DNA of 34,441 nt from Gemmatimonadaceae bacterium (GTDB lineage Bacteria; Gemmatimonadota; Gemmatimonadetes; Gemmatimonadales; Gemmatimonadaceae): NCBI GenBank assembly GCA_044224875.1, contig JBGAJQ010000057.1, positions 1 through 34,441 of the forward strand. The letters run 5' to 3'. How positions within the stretch are numbered: position 1 is the stretch's first letter; every line of letters starts with the position of its first letter. A program made the position numbers and the translations under genes. A model generated the notes under the pieces. That model made no database searches, had not been told where the DNA came from, and saw only the letters and a list, made by a program, of their open reading frames with translations. Below, piece after piece: positions 21,216 to 27,891 of the stretch.

Positions 21216-21602
21216 TTAGGCTAAGTGAGCAGCGCTCCATGGATACGCTGCCTCAAAAACGACGTCAAAGGAATAGACGTCGTGAAAATCGTCGAGTGAA
21301 TCCGTACTCTGACTGATGAGCAGTCCCGCCTCCACCAGCGAAAACACCAATCGGCCAATGTCCTCCGTGCTCGTAACACCCCAATGCTCGAGCACCAATC
21401 GACTCATGACACCGAACCGCTCCAGTGCCAAGTCGCGCAGAGCCAGTGCAAGTTCCCGTCCATCGATGTGGCGACGCGACGGCAGGCGCTGCTGGCAATA
21501 CTCCAGCGACGCCAACACGAACAGAAACGCCTGCTCGTGATACTGCGTGCAGCGAACCCGAATCTGGTCCCGCTCGTATTCAGATCGCGCGGTTTCAGTC
21601 AC
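21216..21602 (-). CDS. Minf_1886-like conserved hypothetical protein
   Basis: YHEQAFLFV..L, RHIDGREL, FG..SRLVLEHWGV..TEDIGRLVF.LVE.GLL...D..DDF pattern recognised from that family. Confidence 0.75.
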   Translation of the reverse strand: MTETARSEYERDQIRVRCTQYHEQAFLFVLASLEYCQQRLPSRRHIDGRELALALRDLALERFGVMSRLVLEHWGVTSTEDIGRLVFSLVEAGLLISQSTDSLDDFHDVYSFDVVFEAAYPWSAAHLA

Positions 21603-21806
21603 GCTCTTAGAGTCTCCTAATATAGCGTTCGCGTGCCGCCCAACTCACAAACGCTGACGCGGCCAAAGATGAAGCCTCGCACGAAGCTGCACAACTGTAG
21701 CGCCTGCCAACCTCGGCTGAAATAGAGTCTCGGACGAACGCGCCAATTCCTTGCCCTCGAGCCACATGGCAGACGGCACATGGTGGCCGTCGAGACTGGG
21801 AGGCGC

Positions 21807-21835
21807 TTGACTCGTCAGGGCACCCCGCCGACACT
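21807..21835 (+). promoter_or_regulatory. putative sigma70 promoter of the CocE/NonD gene
   Basis: TTGACT (21807-21812), N17, GACACT (21830-21835). Confidence 0.35.
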
Positions 21836-21918
21836 TCGCGCCGCGTCCGATCGGACTCGCCAACCTGGCGAACTCCGTGCCCCACCGGAGCAGATGTCGC
21901 ACGGAGTTCACGTCCAAC

Positions 21919-23964
21919 ATGATCGACGTTGCTCGTCGAGTGCTTTTTCTCGCGTGGTTAACTAGTCCACAACTTCCTGTCGCGGCGCAACAGCAGGAGA
22001 GCGTTCCGCCCACGCACGGGTTCACGATCGAGCGAACACAATTCACGATGCGCGACGGAATCGTGCTGTCGGCGACGATCTTCCGCCCGACGGCGCGCAC
22101 GCTCGATGAGCGTTTCCCAACCGTGTTGGAGCTCCTGCCATATCGCAAGGATGACTCGTTCTACCTGAGAGATTATCCCCTGTACGCGTACTTCGCGGCG
22201 CGCGGAATCCTGATGGTCAAAGTCGACCTTCGAGGGACGGGGAGTTCCGCCGGAATGCTTCCCGAGCGCGAGTACTCCGACGACGAGCTTCGAGACGCCG
22301 AGGAGGTGATCGCTCAACTGGCGCGACGTCCAGAGAGCAATGGGCGTGTTGGCATGTGGGGCATATCGTGGGGCGGGTTCAACGCGTTGCAGGTGGCGAT
22401 GCGACATCCGCCAGCGCTCAAGGCCATCCTGGCGTTGCACGCCGCGGATGACCTGTTCTACGACGATATCCACTACATCGACGGCGTCCTGCACCTCGAT
22501 CCCTACGCGTTGCAGATCGATCACGAGAACGGCCTGCCCCGGTCCCCGGCGTATGTTCTGGACAGCGCATACTTCGCGGAACGTTTCGACCGCGAGCCAT
22601 GGCTCTTCACGTATCTCCGCAACTCCGTCGACGGCCCATGGTGGCGCGCCGGCTCCTTGCGCTTCCAGTACGACCGGCTGACCATCCCCGCGTATTTCAT
22701 TGGCGGTCTGCTGGACGGCTACCGAGACACACCGCTGCGGGCGTTGGAGCTTGCCAAGGGTCCGGTCAAGGTGGAGATCGGGCCATGGGGGCACGACTGG
22801 CCAGACAACGGAGAACCGGGTCCCGGCTACGAGTGGAGGGGCCGAGCGGTTCGCTGGTGGCGACACTGGCTCATGGACGAGGACACCGGGCTGATGGACG
22901 AGCCCAGGCTGGTGGTCTACCTCCGTCACGGCGACGCGCCTAACGCCAGGTTGGCACGGACGTCCGGCGAGTGGCGCGGAGTTCCGTGGCCAGCAGGTAC
23001 ACCACCGACCACGTGGTTCCTCGGGGACAGGGACCGCCTAACGGACAGCGCCGGTAATCCACGCGCCCTGCGCATCCCGCACCGAGCCGACGCTGGAGTT
23101 GCTGCTGGCGATTGGTGGGGTGACCCGACGGGCGACCAGCGAGAGGATGATGCCGCGGCACGCGTCTTTGACTCGCCGCCGCTCGCCCAGCCGCAGGCCC
23201 TCCTGGGTTTTCCCCGAGCGGTGGTGCGCCTGCGTTCCGCCAACACGCGGGGATTCTGGTCGGTGCGGCTCGAAGATGTTGCACCGGACGGAAAGGTCGC
23301 CCTCGTAACGGGCGCCCTCCGGAATGGGGCCTTCCGCGTGGACCGATTGACGCCGCAGCCAATGCAACCTGGCGAGTGGTTCACCTTGGACGTGCCACTG
23401 CACTTCACGACGTGGACCTTCCAAACGGGTCATCGCGTTCGCCTGGCCATCGCGACGTCCCAATTCCCAATGGCCTGGCCGTCTCCCGAACCTCGTACGA
23501 GCTGGGTTGAAGCTGGCCAGCAATCGCGGCTGGAGCTGCCATTGGTCCCCCGGAGGCCCGGACAGGCCATCACGCTCCCGCCCAGCGAACCTCGACAGAC
23601 CCGACCCGATGCCCGCCGCCTCGGCCCTGATCGAAGCGACCTTCCCGTCTACACGGTGACCCGCGACGTCGGAACTGTCACCCGGCGCTCCGGCGCGGAG
23701 TACACGTTAGGCAACACCCGCATCCGGTCGGCCGAGCAAGAGACCTACCGCGTTCGCCGCGACCGTCCGGCCGCTGCGGCATTCGTCGGCAAGGCCTCGC
23801 ACGACATCGAGCAGGTCGATCGACATGTGCACCTCTCGACGACGCTCGAGATGGAGTCGACGTCGGATTCCCTTCACGTCCGGGCAACGCGGGTCCTGAC
23901 TGAGAACGGAAAGACGGTCCGCTCGCGCACTTGGACCGAGTCGCTGCCGCGCACGATTCACTGA
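21919..23964 (+). CDS. CocE/NonD family (S15-like) alpha/beta hydrolase, secreted
   Basis: MRDG..LSA, PYRKDD, VDLRGTG.S.G, nucleophile GISWGG, IGPWGH, C-terminal GHRVRLAI..S.FP; signal-like N-terminus. Confidence 0.9.
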   Translation: MIDVARRVLFLAWLTSPQLPVAAQQQESVPPTHGFTIERTQFTMRDGIVLSATIFRPTARTLDERFPTVLELLPYRKDDSFYLRDYPLYAYFAARGILMVKVDLRGTGSSAGMLPEREYSDDELRDAEEVIAQLARRPESNGRVGMWGISWGGFNALQVAMRHPPALKAILALHAADDLFYDDIHYIDGVLHLDPYALQIDHENGLPRSPAYVLDSAYFAERFDREPWLFTYLRNSVDGPWWRAGSLRFQYDRLTIPAYFIGGLLDGYRDTPLRALELAKGPVKVEIGPWGHDWPDNGEPGPGYEWRGRAVRWWRHWLMDEDTGLMDEPRLVVYLRHGDAPNARLARTSGEWRGVPWPAGTPPTTWFLGDRDRLTDSAGNPRALRIPHRADAGVAAGDWWGDPTGDQREDDAAARVFDSPPLAQPQALLGFPRAVVRLRSANTRGFWSVRLEDVAPDGKVALVTGALRNGAFRVDRLTPQPMQPGEWFTLDVPLHFTTWTFQTGHRVRLAIATSQFPMAWPSPEPRTSWVEAGQQSRLELPLVPRRPGQAITLPPSEPRQTRPDARRLGPDRSDLPVYTVTRDVGTVTRRSGAEYTLGNTRIRSAEQETYRVRRDRPAAAAFVGKASHDIEQVDRHVHLSTTLEMESTSDSLHVRATRVLTENGKTVRSRTWTESLPRTIH

Positions 23965-24145
23965 ACGGAGCTCGGAGCGCCTCGCGCTCGATCGGTCGCG
24001 CGAGGCCCGGCGAAGTCGTCATGGCACTCCACCCGCGACGCCGTCGTCAGCACGCTGTGCGCGCACGCCGCGCCACTCGACGGATCGCGGCAGCGGCGAT
24101 ATCGTTGCGCGCCATTATCGCACCCCGTCACTCCGGAGTTCGCGC

Positions 24146-24912
24146 ATGCGATCCATGATTCTGCGGACGCTCGTCCTTGCCACGGTGGCCTTGCCGTCGG
24201 CGTCACACGCCCAGCGACCGTACGATCCGTGGGCTACACCATGGCCGCCCGTGGCGACGTTCTCGATTCTGGGCTACGACCCGGAAACGGGCGAAGTGGG
24301 TGGCGCTGTTCAGTCGCGCGTGTTCGCTGTCGGCAACGGAGTACTCTGGGCCGAAGCGGGCGTTGGAGTCGTGGCGACGCAGGCCATCGTGGATGTCGGC
24401 TACGGCCCGCAGGCCTGGCATTGTTGCGTCAAGGCATGTCCCCTGACGCCGTCGTAAAGCAGGTCTGGGAAGGCGATCCCGATCCGCGGCCCGGCGATTG
24501 GACGAAGTTCGGGCGTCAGTTCTCAGTCATGAGCGCCACCGGCCAAGTGGCTACCTACACCGGCCCAAAGGCCACCGAGTGGGCGGGGCACAAGATCGGC
24601 AACTACTGCTCAGCCCAAGGCAACATCCTCGCTGGCGAAGGGGTCGTGACCTCCATGGTGGAGGCATTCGAGAAGACGACGGGCCACCTGTCGTTGCGGC
24701 TGCTGTCCGCGCTAGAGGCGGGCCAGATGGCCGGGGGAGACAAGCGCGGCATGCAATCAGCCGCCATGGTCATTGTGAAGAAGGACGCCGGGGTTTGGTT
24801 GCATAACGACGTGGTGCTGCGCCTGCAGGTCGATGACAACCCTGAGCCAATCAAGGAGCTGCGACGACTGGTGGAGAAGGCCGCCGAGCAGCGGTCCCGA
24901 ATGCGTCGCTAG
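24146..24912 (+). pseudogene. DUF1028 (Ntn-hydrolase-like) secreted protein, split by a single-base frameshift near 24412-24415
   Basis: One frame gives signal peptide + TFSILG..GAVQS..GVVATQA..YGPQ; another frame continues GLALLRQG..RQF..QGNIL..AGGDKRG.QSAA..LQVDD..PIKELRRL. Confidence 0.8.
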
Positions 24913-24915
24913 TCG

Positions 24916-25428
24916 TCAGTCGAGGGAGCGCGCGAGAGCCTGCAGAAGTTCCGCTCCGCGCGCCAGGTCGGCCCGTTCCTTCGCGCTCAGCATCGATAAG
25001 CGTTGCGCCAGGTGCTCGACCCGTCGATCCCTCCCCTCCAGGAGCAACGCCTTTCCGCGAGTCGTCGCGACGACGCGCACGAGTCGTCGATCCGTCGCGT
25101 CGCGCTCACGCCGCACGTAGCCGCCACCTTCGAGGGCATGGACGAGTCGCGTCATGGTGGGTGCGCGTACCTGCTCCGCCGCCGCCAAGTCGCCCAGCGC
25201 AATCGGTCCGCCAAACACCACGACCGAGAGCGCCGACAACCGGGGACCGCTCAAGCCACTGGCGGCATCCTGACGACGCAGTCGGCGCAGGAGATGGATC
25301 GCGGCGCTGTGCAGCTGGTCGGCCAGGGCGTGCTCCGCATTGTCGGCGATCGGCGACCGCTCGGCAGCGCCGGCGGGAATACCGTTAGCTTGGCTAAGTA
25401 CCTTGCGGGGACGAGCGGGTCGTTTCAT
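24916..25428 (-). CDS. MarR family transcriptional regulator
   Basis: LHSAAIHLLRRLR, LSALSVV, LAAAEQVRAPTMTRLV..LE..GYVRR..D..DRR; start ATG 25428. Confidence 0.9.
   Translation of the reverse strand: MKRPARPRKVLSQANGIPAGAAERSPIADNAEHALADQLHSAAIHLLRRLRRQDAASGLSGPRLSALSVVVFGGPIALGDLAAAEQVRAPTMTRLVHALEGGGYVRRERDATDRRLVRVVATTRGKALLLEGRDRRVEHLAQRLSMLSAKERADLARGAELLQALARSLD
25384..25398. promoter_or_regulatory. MarR-type operator palindrome (copy 2)
   Basis: GTTAGC-TTG-GCTAAG. Confidence 0.6.
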
Positions 25429-25432
25429 ATTC

Positions 25433-25447
25433 GTTAGCGTTGCTAAC
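25433..25447. promoter_or_regulatory. MarR-type operator palindrome (copy 1)
   Basis: Perfect GTTAGC-GTT-GCTAAC between the divergent marR and VOC genes. Confidence 0.7.
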
Positions 25448-25497
25448 AAAACTCGCGCCGCGCACGCCACCGCGCAATCCATCCTTCGGAGGCTTCG

Positions 25498-25878
25498 ATG
25501 TCCGCCACTACCTCCCCCACGCGAATCGGCCAGATCGCCATCAATGTGCACGACGTGCCACGGGCCGTGTCGTTCTACCGGGACGCGCTGGGCCTGCCCC
25601 TGCTCTTCGAGGTTCCTCCGAAGATGGCCTTCTTCGCCTGTGGACCCGTCCGCCTGATGTTGTCGGTACCGGAGACGGCGGACGTCGATCACCCGGGATC
25701 GATCCTGTACTACGTCGTCGATGACATCGAGGCGTCCCATGCCGCAATGAGTGGGCGCGGGGTGCCGTTCGTCGACGCTCCGCACCTGATTGCGCGCATG
25801 CCCGATCACGAACTGTGGATGTCGTTCTTCAAGGATCCTGATGGGAACCTGGGGGCGCTCATGTGCGAGAAGCGTTAG
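25498..25878 (+). CDS. VOC/glyoxalase/bleomycin-resistance family protein
   Basis: IGQIAINVHD..RAVSFYRDALGL, YYVVDDI, FFKDPDGN; GGAGG upstream. Confidence 0.9.
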   Translation: MSATTSPTRIGQIAINVHDVPRAVSFYRDALGLPLLFEVPPKMAFFACGPVRLMLSVPETADVDHPGSILYYVVDDIEASHAAMSGRGVPFVDAPHLIARMPDHELWMSFFKDPDGNLGALMCEKR

Positions 25879-26393
25879 GCTCCAGTGGGCGCGGGGGAGC
25901 CAGGTTCCACGGCGACGGCCACCGGGATACCGTGACGCACGCTTTCCGTCACCACACAGAAGTCCTCGAAGATCGACCGACAGCGCTCGATGCGGCCCTG
26001 AACGGGGTCGGCGAACACCGGTTCGAGCCGGATGTCGATCCCGCCCACGCGCAACCGCTTCCGGGCATCGCGCACCAAGTGCCCTTCGGCAACCACGCGA
26101 AGCTCCGTCACCTCCACCTGGGCCTTGCGCAGGCAGAAGAGAAATGACGCGCCAAGGCAGGACGCCATGGCACTGGCAAGGACGCGCGCCGGGTTCGGAC
26201 CACGACCTTGGCCAAGCGGGGGCGGCTCGTCGATCACGAAGCCAGCGGCCCCGTCGAGTCCGGGATCCACGTGGAATTGGTACCCATCGCCCAACGTAAG
26301 CGTTACGTGAAATGACTCGGGGTGTTCCTCGTGTGTCGCCGGCGAGGGAGCGTTACCGAGCGCCAGCTGGTTTCCGTCAGCTACATTTGACAT
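25875..26393 (-). CDS. OsmC/Ohr family protein
   Basis: DEPPPLG...GPNP..LASAMASCL and FEDFCVVTESVR (two conserved Cys); GGAGG before ATG 26393. Confidence 0.88.
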   Translation of the reverse strand: MSNVADGNQLALGNAPSPATHEEHPESFHVTLTLGDGYQFHVDPGLDGAAGFVIDEPPPLGQGRGPNPARVLASAMASCLGASFLFCLRKAQVEVTELRVVAEGHLVRDARKRLRVGGIDIRLEPVFADPVQGRIERCRSIFEDFCVVTESVRHGIPVAVAVEPGSPAPTGA

Positions 26394-26505
26394 GCGGCCT
26401 CCACGCATCATCCTGCAATTGCTGCGACTCCCGCGGTTTGCATCGCTCGAGACGCGGGACGGTGTCCAAGGCGAAGCCACCGTCCCGCGTGCGTACGACA
26501 CGCAC

Positions 26506-26525
26506 AACTACATCGCGATGTAGTT
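26506..26525. promoter_or_regulatory. perfect 20-bp palindrome, probable transcription-factor operator
   Basis: AACTACATCGCGATGTAGTT in the divergent osmC / C39-TPR intergenic region. Confidence 0.6.
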
Positions 26526-26706
26526 ATACAAAATCGCCGCGGCCGACTCCGGGGTATCGGAGAACCCCTTGTGCAGAAGTGGTGGCTCTCCCGACTGACG
26601 CCCCGCTGGGGGAGGCTCAGACTGCGTTCGACCGGCGCGGCCGATCGGCCTGCTGCGACAACGCGCACCGTCCCGGCCGAGCGGTCCTCACGCTCGGGAG
26701 GGCGCC

Positions 26707-27891
26707 ATGCGCACCCACGCCGCACGATCGGTACTTCGGAACCTGGCCCGCACCGCCGTTGCCACTTGGGTCATGGGCATACTCGCGTCGCCCCACCCCC
26801 TCTTCGCTCAGGCGTCACGGACACTGATTCGGAGTGTGCCGTTTGTTGGGTGGCGCGAAACGGCGCTTACCCAGTACGACCAGAAAGCAGACGTCAATCC
26901 TTCCATAGTTGCCACCCATCGCATGCTGGCTGCCTACTGGCATCCCGAAGCGAAAACACCGGCAGCGCTCGACGCCATTTGGACCGGAACTGCCTCCGCT
27001 CAGTCGGTGATGAGTGGCGTCACCATGGACTCTCTCAAGGCGATCGTTCGATCGGGTATTCCCGTGAGTGTCGACATGACGCTCACACCGCTGGCACACC
27101 CGCTCGCCCCAGCCGCAACGAGCAAGCTCGCCGCTCGCAAGGTCGCTGTCCCGAACGCCGCCAACGTGTCGGGATTGCTCGGCACCATGGTCCCGGTCGC
27201 CGAACTGGCGAAGTGGTCGGCCGCGCTCGAAGCCGATCCGGTGCGCGACCCGCGCATGATGGCCGCGCGGGTGCTCATAGGATTCGACGACTCGCGCAAG
27301 GTCGTGATCCTTCATGACCCGTCATTCGGACCAGCGTGGGAGCTTCCCACCGATGCGTTCGAGCTGATGTGGCGCGCGGCCGGTGCTCGCGCTACGTACC
27401 TGGCGATGCCGGAAGCCGCGGCGTTGCTGGCGGCACACGCAAAGGACTCGGGGTACCGCTCCCGGAGCACCGATGAACGCGCCGCAGAGCGATACGCCAC
27501 GGCCTACGCCGCGGCGGCGGTTGGACAGTTTGAACTGGCGGAGCGAACGGTGCGCGAGGCCCTCAAGACGATGGAGGCGTCAGACGGCTATCGGCACGTA
27601 TTGAACCTGGAGCTGGGCCTGCTGCTCCGCGCGCAGAACCGACTTCCGGAAGCCATCGCGTCTGTGGAAGAAGCGCTGAAGTGGGTCAACGACTCGCCCA
27701 TGGGCTGGCAGGTTCTGGCCCAGATGTACAAGCGCAACGGCGCCGCGGACGCGCGTCTGGCGGAGTATGCGGCGAAGATGGCCGCGGACCTGTCCAAGGA
27801 TCCGGGAACGGTGCAACGACTGGCCGGTCTCCTCCCCGCGGACCTCCTGTTGGTGCCCTTCCTCGACATCCGTGGGTGGTGCGGTAACTAA
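26707..27891 (+). CDS. secreted protein with degenerate peptidase C39-like domain and C-terminal TPR repeats
   Basis: Signal-like N-terminus (..LFAQA), SVPF, GIPV, VLIGFDD...ILHDPSFG...FELMW; TPR-like helices (GQFELAE..., LGLLLRAQNRLPEAIASVEEALK). Confidence 0.65.
   Translation: MRTHAARSVLRNLARTAVATWVMGILASPHPLFAQASRTLIRSVPFVGWRETALTQYDQKADVNPSIVATHRMLAAYWHPEAKTPAALDAIWTGTASAQSVMSGVTMDSLKAIVRSGIPVSVDMTLTPLAHPLAPAATSKLAARKVAVPNAANVSGLLGTMVPVAELAKWSAALEADPVRDPRMMAARVLIGFDDSRKVVILHDPSFGPAWELPTDAFELMWRAAGARATYLAMPEAAALLAAHAKDSGYRSRSTDERAAERYATAYAAAAVGQFELAERTVREALKTMEASDGYRHVLNLELGLLLRAQNRLPEAIASVEEALKWVNDSPMGWQVLAQMYKRNGAADARLAEYAAKMAADLSKDPGTVQRLAGLLPADLLLVPFLDIRGWCGN

Noticed and set aside
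21790..21826. Minus-strand CTGACGAG resembling a hammerhead core, and GGGGTGC resembling a TPP riboswitch start (thiL is downstream)
   Set aside because: No GAAA after a stem II for a hammerhead; no CTGAGA/ACCTG elements for TPP
24401..24457. Programmed frameshift or selenocysteine readthrough in the DUF1028 gene
   Set aside because: No slippery X XXY YYZ sequence at the junction; the break is a frame change, not an in-frame TGA
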